From contig CAYJKP010000001.1 of the NCBI GenBank assembly GCA_964371245.1, positions 251,042 to 315,041 on the forward strand: a stretch of DNA of 64,000 nt. The letters are read 5' to 3'. The translations under genes and the position numbers were made by a program. Under the pieces are notes generated by a model. That model made no database searches. It saw only the letters and a list, made by a program, of their open reading frames with translations, and had not been told where the DNA came from. Positions 39,687 through 48,386 of the stretch are shown one piece after another. The number at the start of each line of letters is the position of its first letter. Within the stretch, counting starts at the first letter, position 1. Origin of the DNA: an uncultured Gammaproteobacteria bacterium. GTDB lineage: Bacteria; Patescibacteriota; Patescibacteriia; JAHIZJ01.

Positions 39687-40239
39687 AATTTGGAATTTTC
39701 TCTTGGTTAAGGACGCCCGTAAATCGAAAGGGGATGTTTTCCTTTATCGTAAGATAAGCCGTTGGATAGTCGAGGTTTTCTAGAAAAGACACATTTTTCA
39801 ATTTATTTTGGAAATCGATGAGGTCAGTACGCGTTCGCGCTGTGCCGCTGATAGTAATTTTGTTATCCTCCGGAGTGACGCCAATTGTTTGAAGGGTAAC
39901 ATTTTGACCAACCGCTTGGCCGATGGTTGTGAGAACGGTCGACCACTTGATGTAGTTCTTCTGGACGGTAAAGAGTATATTCGCTTTCTGGTTGATCTTT
40001 TTCACCAGGTCGTCCGTGGGAGCGTGGCCGCTCGTTTGAAGTGTTTGCTTTAATCCGTCGATCTCGCTTTGCACCTTTTGAACCTCGGTCTGAATCAGAT
40101 AACGCGTGGTTAAGGTCAGCGCGACCGCTAAGGCGCAAACGACAAAAAATGAAATAATAATCCGCCGAATACGGGAAAAGTTTTTTTCTGAGAGCAGCTG
40201 CGCTTTTTTTAAGGGTGGTAGAAGATTTAAGATAATCAC
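39667..40239 (-). CDS. pilN: Type IV pilus assembly protein PilN-like (fimbrial assembly)
   Basis: 190 aa. 'ILNLLPP...K' N-terminus typical of PilN, single TM, immediately downstream of pilM. Confidence 0.6.
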   Translation of the reverse strand: MIILNLLPPLKKAQLLSEKNFSRIRRIIISFFVVCALAVALTLTTRYLIQTEVQKVQSEIDGLKQTLQTSGHAPTDDLVKKINQKANILFTVQKNYIKWSTVLTTIGQAVGQNVTLQTIGVTPEDNKITISGTARTRTDLIDFQNKLKNVSFLENLDYPTAYLTIKENIPFRFTGVLNQEKIPNYDITRQ

Positions 40240-40241
40240 GG

Positions 40242-41318
40242 CTATTTTGAATATGATTCAGAAATTCCGATCAAGCCGAGCCCGATCACAGTGCAATGCG
40301 AGGCCGCCTGACGTGGGGAAATAATATTTGTTTTTCGGAGTGACTCGGCTTTCTGCCATGGGTTTCCGATAACCACTTTTTGGGATAAGCGCTGGCTAAG
40401 CACGAGATCAATATTCTTTAAATTGGCCCCCCCGCCGACCAGCACGATTTGCTGGATATCTGACCCGAAGGCATTATGCGTTTTATAAAAACTGAGAATC
40501 GTGGCAATATGTTTCTGGATTTTTGAAAGGTAAGGCAACAGTGTATTTGGTATGACGGCTTTTCCGCGGGTTGGGTCAAGGCCGCAGAGTCTTTTTGCAT
40601 CCTCAGCCTCCTGATCGGTAATTTTTAATTTTTTGGCAATGAGTTCAGTCATGGCATAACCGGAAATGTCTTTTGTCGATGAGCTGTACGTAACAACACC
40701 ACGATCGACGATGACGCTGCTGGTTCGATGCAGGCCGATGTCTAAAACGAGGGCGGAAAAATCTTTTTCCGTTTTTTGCGGTGACAGAGCATAGGTTATT
40801 GCCATTGGTTCAATGATCAGACCGATCGGCTTGAGATCAGCATCCTCGAGGACGGCTGTATAGGCATCAGCGACCGTTTTTGGGATTGCCCCGATGAGGA
40901 CGCGATGGGTGTTGGCAGTTTGGTTTGATTCAAGCACGCGCCAATCAAGGTACATTTCATCGATGGTAAAGGGGATATGTTGAGCTGCTTCCCAGCGGAT
41001 CGTTTCCGCAATTTGGTTGTTGTCGACTTGCGGTATTTCGATGATCTTCACGAACGACTTCCATTCGGGCAATGAGGCAAAAACGCGCTTCGTCGTAAAA
41101 CGGCCTTTTTTGGGGCCAGCAATAAGTTTCTTGATAACTTCACTGACGGCGCGCGGTTCCAAGATCTCGCCATATTTCATGAGCCCAACCGGTACCGGCA
41201 TTTGATTGTACGCTTCAATTGAAAGCGTGCGGCCTTGGCCGGTAAATTGAATCGCCCGGATCGTCAGGTCGCTGATATCTAAGCCGAAAGCTTTTGAATT
41301 ATTATGGAGTGATGACAT
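40242..41318 (-). CDS. pilM: Type IV pilus assembly ATPase-fold protein PilM
   Basis: Actin-like fold motifs 'FGLDISDLTIRAI', 'LVLDIGLHRTSSVIV', 'IVLVGGGANL'. Start moved to ATG at 41318 (MSSLHNNS...), which removes the overlap with the upstream PilX-like gene. Confidence 0.8.
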   Translation of the reverse strand: MSSLHNNSKAFGLDISDLTIRAIQFTGQGRTLSIEAYNQMPVPVGLMKYGEILEPRAVSEVIKKLIAGPKKGRFTTKRVFASLPEWKSFVKIIEIPQVDNNQIAETIRWEAAQHIPFTIDEMYLDWRVLESNQTANTHRVLIGAIPKTVADAYTAVLEDADLKPIGLIIEPMAITYALSPQKTEKDFSALVLDIGLHRTSSVIVDRGVVTYSSSTKDISGYAMTELIAKKLKITDQEAEDAKRLCGLDPTRGKAVIPNTLLPYLSKIQKHIATILSFYKTHNAFGSDIQQIVLVGGGANLKNIDLVLSQRLSQKVVIGNPWQKAESLRKTNIISPRQAASHCTVIGLGLIGISESYSK

Positions 41319-41391
41319 CGCTGGGTATAACTTTTTTGATGTCTGCTGAATATTAGTATACCTTTTTTCTCTTTCAAGAACCAGGCGGTTG

Positions 41392-42783
41392 TTAGGTCTT
41401 GATCTCTTTCCAGGAAATAAAGTTATATTCGCCGGTGGCCGGAAAGAACGGCGGTGGAGCATAGATTAAGGCCGGCTCGAAATAAGATTCTGTAATTTGA
41501 TACCCGGATATAACGGTGCCACCCCCATTCACCCATGACCACGTCCAGACATTATTGGTAATAATCGAGCCTCGGACCATGATTCTGTTTTTTACGTCAC
41601 CTGGATAGTAGAAACGCTGGACCGCGCCTTTTTGGGCGACCATCACCGCTTGGATTTCCAATACATTCGGGGAGTAGCGGGGCACTAATATATTTTTTTG
41701 CGCGATCAAGCCGAGCATGGTGTCTGTTGGGTCAGCCCGGGTCAGATTGCCGTTAATGATGATTGACGAATTAGTGTCGTCACTATCGGGAAATTGAGCG
41801 GCCGCAACGGTTGCTTTTTCTTTTAACACGCCGTCAACCCATACTTTTTTATCTTCAACGAAGATCAGATTTTGGATGCCGCATTCGTCAACCGCTAAAT
41901 CATACCGGTCGACGAAATCTTCATGTTTAATGTCGTTCGAATCCCAACCGCAATTTCCCTGAGTGTCACACCCGTAGACGTCCGATTTTAGCTGAGTGAC
42001 CTTATAGAGCTCGAAGGCGCCGGTATTTTTAAATAAGATGTGATAACCATACGCGCCGGATGGCTCGAAGTAGTAGCCGCCGTTTTGTGCTTTTGTCCTT
42101 AGATCTGCCAAATCGGTCGTGATGACATTAAAATCTACGGTAGACACGGGGAAACGCCATAAACCGTCGGCGCCGCCGCTTCCGCTGCCCCAGATACCCG
42201 GCTTTTCCTCAGCCGGATCGCAGCCATGCATTGGCTGGCAGGTATACGTTTCTTTCGCTGAGGTCGATTCGGTATTTTGAGTGCCATCCATTCGAATGCC
42301 GCCATTGGAGTGAAGCGGTCCTTGGACGTCTTCATTCTCGCCAATCCAGATATCGGAATTTGTTAAGAAAGCATATTGAGCCAACGATGCCCGGTTATAC
42401 CGTACCTCGATCGTTCGTTTGACATTAGGAAAGTCGAGCGTCCAACCAGTTGATTTGACCGTAACCATCGTGGTACAGGTAACGGGCTCTGTTATCTCTA
42501 ACATGTACTGGCCGATCACGCCACCCTGAGGATCGCTGTAATTATAGGTACCCGAAAAACTGTAATCATTTGAGGCGTGGACTAAATGCCAACGGCTGTA
42601 GTTTGCGCCAGCTTCCGCTATGGCGAGCGAGCGTTCCCAGGAAACTTGTCGAATCGTGTACTTATTTTGCGACAGGACGAGATTGATGATACCGCCAAGC
42701 ATCAACATAAAAATAGTCAAAAAGACGAGCGCCATGACGAGAATGGCACCTTGGGACTCATGATGTGACACGTGATGACTCAT
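41392..42783 (-). CDS. PilX-N-terminal-domain pilus-associated protein (minor pilin/tip-like)
   Basis: N-terminal 'GAILVMALVFLTIFMLMLGG' hydrophobic segment typical of the PilX_N domain. 463 aa, Gly/Trp-rich beta domain. Confidence 0.5.
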   Translation of the reverse strand: MSHHVSHHESQGAILVMALVFLTIFMLMLGGIINLVLSQNKYTIRQVSWERSLAIAEAGANYSRWHLVHASNDYSFSGTYNYSDPQGGVIGQYMLEITEPVTCTTMVTVKSTGWTLDFPNVKRTIEVRYNRASLAQYAFLTNSDIWIGENEDVQGPLHSNGGIRMDGTQNTESTSAKETYTCQPMHGCDPAEEKPGIWGSGSGGADGLWRFPVSTVDFNVITTDLADLRTKAQNGGYYFEPSGAYGYHILFKNTGAFELYKVTQLKSDVYGCDTQGNCGWDSNDIKHEDFVDRYDLAVDECGIQNLIFVEDKKVWVDGVLKEKATVAAAQFPDSDDTNSSIIINGNLTRADPTDTMLGLIAQKNILVPRYSPNVLEIQAVMVAQKGAVQRFYYPGDVKNRIMVRGSIITNNVWTWSWVNGGGTVISGYQITESYFEPALIYAPPPFFPATGEYNFISWKEIKT

Positions 42784-43397
42784 AAATTATTTTTCAGATT
42801 ACGTATTTGGACCTCGGTCACGACCTCGGTTTCATTCGGCGCCTGGTTTTCGTTGACATTAATTCGTAAATAAAAGTTTAGCAACTTGGTTTCGGTTAAA
42901 CGGGTTGGTGTCGGCAGGGGATTATGGATCATGTCGCCCGGATAATCACCGTTGTAATACACGAAGATTGGCGTCGCCCCATTCCGGACGTATTCGGCGA
43001 TCGTGGTGATAGACTCGGTGGCCGGATCGTAAACAATCGGAATGCCGCTGGGTTCGACCACCCCTTTTTTAAAAATAGTCCCATCCAGAAAATACCGGAC
43101 GCGTTCGATCGCTGCGTCGCCATCAATATTGCTGAAAAAGATGATTTCCTGGTCCTCTGCCCGATTGAGAATATACGAACCGTCGTCGCCGGGTGCCGCA
43201 TCGCGCAATTCTTTGACCATCGTTTGGGCGCTTCGACGCGCGTACTCGACCTGCTGTTGTTGTTCGGTGGCGAAGGTTTGAAAGCGCAAGCCTTGGAAAA
43301 AGAAGGTTAATAAAGCTGCCAAAGCGAGACTAAAAATCGTAAGCGCGACCAGTGTTTCAACAAGCGTAAACCCAGTTTTTTTTGTTTTGGTAAGCAT
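42780..43397 (-). CDS. Prepilin-type N-terminal cleavage/methylation domain protein (pseudopilin)
   Basis: 'KKTGFTLVETLVALTIFSLALAAL' is the class III signal peptide: G|FTLVE with Glu+5. Confidence 0.75.
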   Translation of the reverse strand: MLTKTKKTGFTLVETLVALTIFSLALAALLTFFFQGLRFQTFATEQQQQVEYARRSAQTMVKELRDAAPGDDGSYILNRAEDQEIIFFSNIDGDAAIERVRYFLDGTIFKKGVVEPSGIPIVYDPATESITTIAEYVRNGATPIFVYYNGDYPGDMIHNPLPTPTRLTETKLLNFYLRINVNENQAPNETEVVTEVQIRNLKNNL

Positions 43398-43400
43398 GGT

Positions 43401-44750
43401 TTAGACTGGAGGGATCATCACGACCTCGACGGTTCGTTGACCGTCGACGGTAATAGTTTCTTCATAAATCTGATAGCCAGTTACCTCGATATGGAGCGTG
43501 TAGTCGCCTTGCACGAGGGGGCTGAAAAACGTTTGTCCCCAGGCCGTGGTCGTTTGCGTTTCATTATATGGTGGCGTCACCCGGCTCAGCTGAACCGCGA
43601 CATTCGGCATCAGGGCCATGTCTTGGTCGCGGACGGTGACGAGCAAGGTGTGATCGGCGTGTGGCGTGGCGAGGGTGATATCAGTGTTTTCTGTGGCCCC
43701 GGGATCAAGCGTTATCGGCAGCGGCGGATTCGCGCCAGCGATATCGTAATCGATCCCATCATTATCGATACTGAAATGGTAGGTATCCCACTCAAGATCA
43801 GAGATCGTGATTTCTCCTGATGCGTTTGTGGTGAATGTCTGGGTATATTTATAGATCGGATTGTTTTCTCCGTCGGTGCCAATTATTTTTGAACCGCGCA
43901 ATGTGAAGTCGATATTCGGGAGCGGTTGACTGGCCTGATCGAGCGTTCGGACAGTCGCCGTGCCGAGCAGATCGATGGCAAAGCTCGCCTCTGTCACAAC
44001 ATTCAAATACACCGACAAGGGCGGATGTGCGGGGTTGGGATTGGCAACAGGGTCTATTTCATAGGTTTGATCTGTGCTGTAGCCATCCTTGGTTACCCGG
44101 ACATCATAGGTTTCGATTGATGGGGGCATGCCGGGTAAAACCAGCGTACCATTAGCCTGGGTCGTCGTATCATACGAAACAACCGGATCGACATCGGTAT
44201 TTTCGATATGCACGGCGGCTGACGGTACGGGCTGCCCCTGCGCGTCAAACACTGTCAGCAGAATTGTTCCACCGTCGACTGTTTTTTCCATACCCTTTGG
44301 CGTTACATCGGTGACTAAAACAACCGGCTTTTTGATAAGCATCCGTGGCCAGGTTATCTCGATCCGAACGCTCTTATAATCGGCGCTGTTCGTGTCAGGC
44401 GGGCCGCCGCTGGCCGTGCCGTCAAACGGGTCATCAACATAGCGTATGTCCGTTTCGAGAGTAAAGGTGAGATGATTTACAACGAGCTGTTCGGTCTGAG
44501 GGATTGTACCGTCCGGGATGCCGCCAGTGATACCGACGTTATCATATGTGAGGTTTCGTATTATTTCCATCCGTTTGTTCGCGATCGCGATCGCGTCGAT
44601 GCGCGCCCGATTATCAGAGAGTATCCTCGTTCCATAATCCATCAGGGTATAGAAGCCGACCATAATCACAGCGAAAATCGCCAAGCCGACCACAATCTCG
44701 ATTAACGTAAAGCCATATTGCCGTCTTTCGAAGTTCTTTTTAAATGGCAT
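43401..44750 (-). CDS. Large prepilin-type pseudopilin (449 aa) with beta-sandwich repeats
   Basis: 'RRQYGFTLIEIVVGLAIFAVIMVGF' prepilin leader plus a long Thr/Val-rich Ig-like region. Confidence 0.7.
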   Translation of the reverse strand: MPFKKNFERRQYGFTLIEIVVGLAIFAVIMVGFYTLMDYGTRILSDNRARIDAIAIANKRMEIIRNLTYDNVGITGGIPDGTIPQTEQLVVNHLTFTLETDIRYVDDPFDGTASGGPPDTNSADYKSVRIEITWPRMLIKKPVVLVTDVTPKGMEKTVDGGTILLTVFDAQGQPVPSAAVHIENTDVDPVVSYDTTTQANGTLVLPGMPPSIETYDVRVTKDGYSTDQTYEIDPVANPNPAHPPLSVYLNVVTEASFAIDLLGTATVRTLDQASQPLPNIDFTLRGSKIIGTDGENNPIYKYTQTFTTNASGEITISDLEWDTYHFSIDNDGIDYDIAGANPPLPITLDPGATENTDITLATPHADHTLLVTVRDQDMALMPNVAVQLSRVTPPYNETQTTTAWGQTFFSPLVQGDYTLHIEVTGYQIYEETITVDGQRTVEVVMIPPV

Positions 44751-45954
44751 TAGTCAGGCTATACATTGGTAAAATAATGGCGACGGCCATAATGCCTACC
44801 GCCGCGCCCATAATGACAAGAATTATTGGTTCAATAATCGTGGCCAGCGAGGCCATTGTTTCCTCGACGTCCTCTTCATAAAAAATTGCGATTTCTTCCG
44901 ACAGCGTGTCCAGCGTACCCGACTGTTCGCCGACATTGATAATCTGGGTAACGACCGGGGGAAAAAGGCGTGGGTATTTTTCAATAACCGCGGTTATCGG
45001 CACGCCCTGCTTCACGCTGTCTGAGATGGCCATCATGGCTTCTTGATAGAAGACATTGCCAAGCGTTTTTGAAATGATTCTGAAAACTTCAACAATCGGA
45101 ATGTCGGTCTTTAACAGGGAACTCAAGGTTCTGGTAAAGCGGGCTAAATTCACTTTTTTTACAATTTTTCCAAAAATCGGTGTCCGCAGGAGTATCCGAT
45201 GATAGAGGCGCCGACCGGACTTTGTCCGAATGAGGCGGAGAAAGATAAGGACAAGCGCGATCGGAATGCCAAACACGAGGGGGATATTTTTGCCCGCAAA
45301 ATTGCTGACGGAAATTATAATCCGTGTGATCAGGGGAAGCTCAACGCCGCTTTCCGAAAAGATGGCCGTGATTTTCGGTACGACGAAGATGAACATGACA
45401 ATGCCAATGCCCACCATCGCGACTAAGATGAAGGCGGGGTAGGTGAGGGCGCCTTTTACCTTTGCCAGCAGATTGTGGTCTTTTTTCATCTGGATCGTGA
45501 GCCGATCGAGCACGGTTTCGAGCTGACCGGAGACCTCGCCGGCTTCGATCATATTCACGAATACCGGCGAAAACACTTTCGGGTAATTGTGCATGACTGA
45601 GGCGAGCGTTTTTCCGGTCTCAACTTCTTGCCGGAGATGATCGATGATTTTGGCAAAGTACTTATTGCCCGTTTGGAGGCTCAAGGTTTTCAACGCTTTG
45701 GCGATCGAGAAACCTGTCCGGGCCATAACCTGGAGATTTTGTGTGAAGAAGATTTTATCGACGAGCGTAACGGATTTAAATTTATCGAGCCAGGATAATT
45801 TTGTCGAGGCGTGACGATCAACCACGGTTGCCGAAACAAGCAGAAGGCCTTCTTTCTTCAGCTGTTCTTGAAGTTCGTTTTGGTCGGCCGCCTCGCTCTG
45901 AGCGCGTTTCATTGCGCCCGTGGCGCTTTGGGCTGTATACAAAAATACTGGCAT
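44740..45954 (-). CDS. pilC: Type II secretion system F-family platform protein (PilC)
   Basis: Two T2SSF repeats ('GKTLASVMHNYPKVFSPVFVNMIEAGEVSGQL' / 'GVPITAVIEKYPRLFPPVVTQIINVGEQSGTL'), 3-4 TM. Confidence 0.85.
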   Translation of the reverse strand: MPVFLYTAQSATGAMKRAQSEAADQNELQEQLKKEGLLLVSATVVDRHASTKLSWLDKFKSVTLVDKIFFTQNLQVMARTGFSIAKALKTLSLQTGNKYFAKIIDHLRQEVETGKTLASVMHNYPKVFSPVFVNMIEAGEVSGQLETVLDRLTIQMKKDHNLLAKVKGALTYPAFILVAMVGIGIVMFIFVVPKITAIFSESGVELPLITRIIISVSNFAGKNIPLVFGIPIALVLIFLRLIRTKSGRRLYHRILLRTPIFGKIVKKVNLARFTRTLSSLLKTDIPIVEVFRIISKTLGNVFYQEAMMAISDSVKQGVPITAVIEKYPRLFPPVVTQIINVGEQSGTLDTLSEEIAIFYEEDVEETMASLATIIEPIILVIMGAAVGIMAVAIILPMYSLTNAI

Positions 45955-45956
45955 GA

Positions 45957-47690
45957 TTAATCCTTCGTTACACGCAGCACTTCCTCGATGGTCGTAATAC
46001 CCATTTTTGCTTTTATAAAACCGTCCTCCAGCATGGTGACCATACCTTTTTTACGGGCCAGCGGCTGTAATTCTTCGCTCGTCGCATTTTTTGTCACGAG
46101 CTCGGCGATCTCATGGTCAACCTCAATAACTTCATAGATACCGAGCCGACCCTTATAGCCGGATTGGTTGCATTCTCGGCAGCCTTTGCCGCGATAGAAT
46201 AGCAGCGCTTCTGGCGAGGCGACGGCGGGCGTCACCGTACCTTCGCGGGCGAGAGCATTGAGAAGTTCTTTGAAATTTATTTGTCGCTCCAGCTCTTCAA
46301 TCGCTTTCGTACTCAAGGTGTAACTCATGATACAGTTGGGGCAAATTTTTCTGACCAGCCGCTGAGCCATGATTAAATTGGTAGTTGTCGCCACCAGGAA
46401 CGATGGGATGCCCATCTCGAGTAAGCGCGGCAAGGCGCCGACCGCATCATTCGTATGCAGGGTCGAGAGGACGAGGTGTCCGGTCATGGCCGCGTTGGCG
46501 GAAATCTCAGCGGTTTCTTTGTCGCGGATTTCTCCGACCATGATGATATTCGGATCCTGACGGAGCAAGGCGCGCAGGCCGACCGAAAAACTGAAACCGA
46601 TTTTCGGGTTTATCTGGCTTTGGTTAATTCTCGGAATCCGGTATTCGATCGGATCTTCGACGGTGGAGATGTTTACGCCAGGCTTATTGAGGATATTTAA
46701 GATGGTATAGAGCGTGGTGGTTTTCCCTGATCCGGTCGGACCGGTTACAAGGATCATGCCGTGCGGCTTGCTGATATTTTTTTTCACCAGATTATAGGCG
46801 CTGGTCAGGAGGCCGAGCTGTTCCAAGCTCAGGATTTGAGCGGATTCGTTCAATAACCGCAAGACGACTTTTTCGCCGTCATATACCGGGATGATTGAAA
46901 CACGGAAGGCAACCTTGTATTCCTCAGTGCTGACTTTGAACCGGCCGTCTTGAGGTAGGCGATGTTCATCGAGCTTTAAATTCGAAAGTATTTTTATCCG
47001 AGCGATTACGCCTGATTGTATTTTTTTCGGCAACGTCATGACTTCGCGTAGGATGCCGTCGATCCGATACCGCACGATTACGTCGCGCTCGGTCGGCTCA
47101 ATGTGTATATCAGAAGCGCTTTCATAGATGGCATATTCGAGGAGCGTTTCAACAATCCGAATGATCGGCAAATCTTGAGCCAGTTTTTTCAGGTCACCCT
47201 GGTCAGCGGCGGCTTCTTCATGTTCGCCCGGGCTCGTGATTTCTTGAAACTTCGCTTTTATGCCCTTGTGGTATTGTTTAATAATCTCTTTGATCGAACT
47301 CGGCGTGGTAACGGCGATGTTTGGCTCGAGGTTGGTTTTTTTCTTTATGAATTCGATAATTTCAAGATCGGTCGGGTCAGTCATGGCCAACTGGATCGTA
47401 CCGCCCTCCTGATCATAGGCGACGACCTGATGGACCTGGACAATCGTGTCGGGTATGGTTTGGAGTAAATCTTTGCGGATGGCTTTTCGCTTCAAATCAA
47501 CGAACGCAAGATTGAAATACCCAGCGATACCCTCATATAAACCGTTCTCCGTCAGGATCTTTTTTCCGATTAAATAATCAGCCAACGATACATTCTCGTT
47601 GGCGGCATCAGTAATAGCTTTATTAAGATCTGCCTCGGGCAGAATCTTTGATTTCTGGAGTATTTCCTGGATTTGTTCCTGTTTTAACAT
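45957..47690 (-). CDS. pilB: Type IV pilus assembly ATPase PilB (GspE family)
   Basis: N-terminal T2SSE_N region, Walker A 'GPTGSGKTTT', Asp/His boxes, and tetracysteine motif 'CPNC...CREC'. Confidence 0.9.
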   Translation of the reverse strand: MLKQEQIQEILQKSKILPEADLNKAITDAANENVSLADYLIGKKILTENGLYEGIAGYFNLAFVDLKRKAIRKDLLQTIPDTIVQVHQVVAYDQEGGTIQLAMTDPTDLEIIEFIKKKTNLEPNIAVTTPSSIKEIIKQYHKGIKAKFQEITSPGEHEEAAADQGDLKKLAQDLPIIRIVETLLEYAIYESASDIHIEPTERDVIVRYRIDGILREVMTLPKKIQSGVIARIKILSNLKLDEHRLPQDGRFKVSTEEYKVAFRVSIIPVYDGEKVVLRLLNESAQILSLEQLGLLTSAYNLVKKNISKPHGMILVTGPTGSGKTTTLYTILNILNKPGVNISTVEDPIEYRIPRINQSQINPKIGFSFSVGLRALLRQDPNIIMVGEIRDKETAEISANAAMTGHLVLSTLHTNDAVGALPRLLEMGIPSFLVATTTNLIMAQRLVRKICPNCIMSYTLSTKAIEELERQINFKELLNALAREGTVTPAVASPEALLFYRGKGCRECNQSGYKGRLGIYEVIEVDHEIAELVTKNATSEELQPLARKKGMVTMLEDGFIKAKMGITTIEEVLRVTKD

Positions 47691-47834
47691 AAAAAACGTT
47701 TTTATTTCTATCTATATTATATCACATATGAAAATATTCGTCAAATACTTAATATTGACTTTTTAATGTGCCCATGTTTTATTTGTTGAGTTCGGCTATA
47801 TCAACGGCGATCTCATTCATGGAGGAGGGTCGGC

Positions 47835-48284
47835 ATGTCGGTCAGGGGGTTGGATCGGTCATGTCAGTGCGCAACGAGCCAAAGACTTCTCGCGATCAGC
47901 GGTAGTGTCATGTTCGCCGCCGGTCTCCTGTACCTGGGTTTGCTTCGCGTCTTTGAGAATCACCTGGTCGCTCAGTGGCTACTGGCCATCATCGCAGTAA
48001 TCGGGTGGTTAACTGGCTTGAACCGTACGATTCGGCTCGCCGGAGCGATTGCTCTGACATCGGTCGCGGCAGTCGTATCGGTCGCGCTCGTTTTGCACGG
48101 TGAAGGCTTCTCATCGGCGCTCGTCTGTCAGATCGGTCTGTTGATCGCGACCAGTATCTGTGTCTGGCGCTGGCGCGACGCGAGCCTGGTAGCGTCGAAA
48201 AAGGCCTGGTTCGTTGTTGGCCTAGAAGCGCTCGTCGTCGTGGCGATGGTATTCGCAACGCTCTTTCCGGTTATTCCGCAGTAG
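47835..48284 (+). CDS. Hypothetical small membrane protein (about 4 TM)
   Basis: GC-rich ORF with four hydrophobic helices, followed by a terminator. Start uncertain (possibly an internal Met). Confidence 0.35.
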   Translation: MSVRGLDRSCQCATSQRLLAISGSVMFAAGLLYLGLLRVFENHLVAQWLLAIIAVIGWLTGLNRTIRLAGAIALTSVAAVVSVALVLHGEGFSSALVCQIGLLIATSICVWRWRDASLVASKKAWFVVGLEALVVVAMVFATLFPVIPQ

Positions 48285-48342
48285 TCATATGATTTGGCCT
48301 TCTGGCGCTGCCTCAGGGAAACCGCCAGATCGGCACAATCAT

Positions 48343-48378
48343 AAGACCGCCCGGCCTCAGCTCGAGCGGTCTTTTTCT
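48343..48378. terminator. Intrinsic terminator (bidirectional) between 47835 ORF and convergent GT39-like gene
   Basis: AAGACCGC-15 nt loop-GCGGTCTT followed by TTTTCT. Confidence 0.45.
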
Positions 48379-48386
48379 AACAGTAT

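Noticed and set aside
43050-43062. GGGTTCGACCACC, reminiscent of a tRNA T-loop
   Set aside because: No flanking T-stem complementarity, D-arm or anticodon stem. It lies inside the pseudopilin CDS.
47835-48284. Considered whether the GC-rich 149-aa ORF is a spurious reading of a non-coding GC island like 61195-61520
   Set aside because: Kept as a low-confidence CDS. It shows four regularly spaced hydrophobic helices and is followed by a clean terminator, which spurious GC-rich ORFs rarely show. The start codon remains uncertain.
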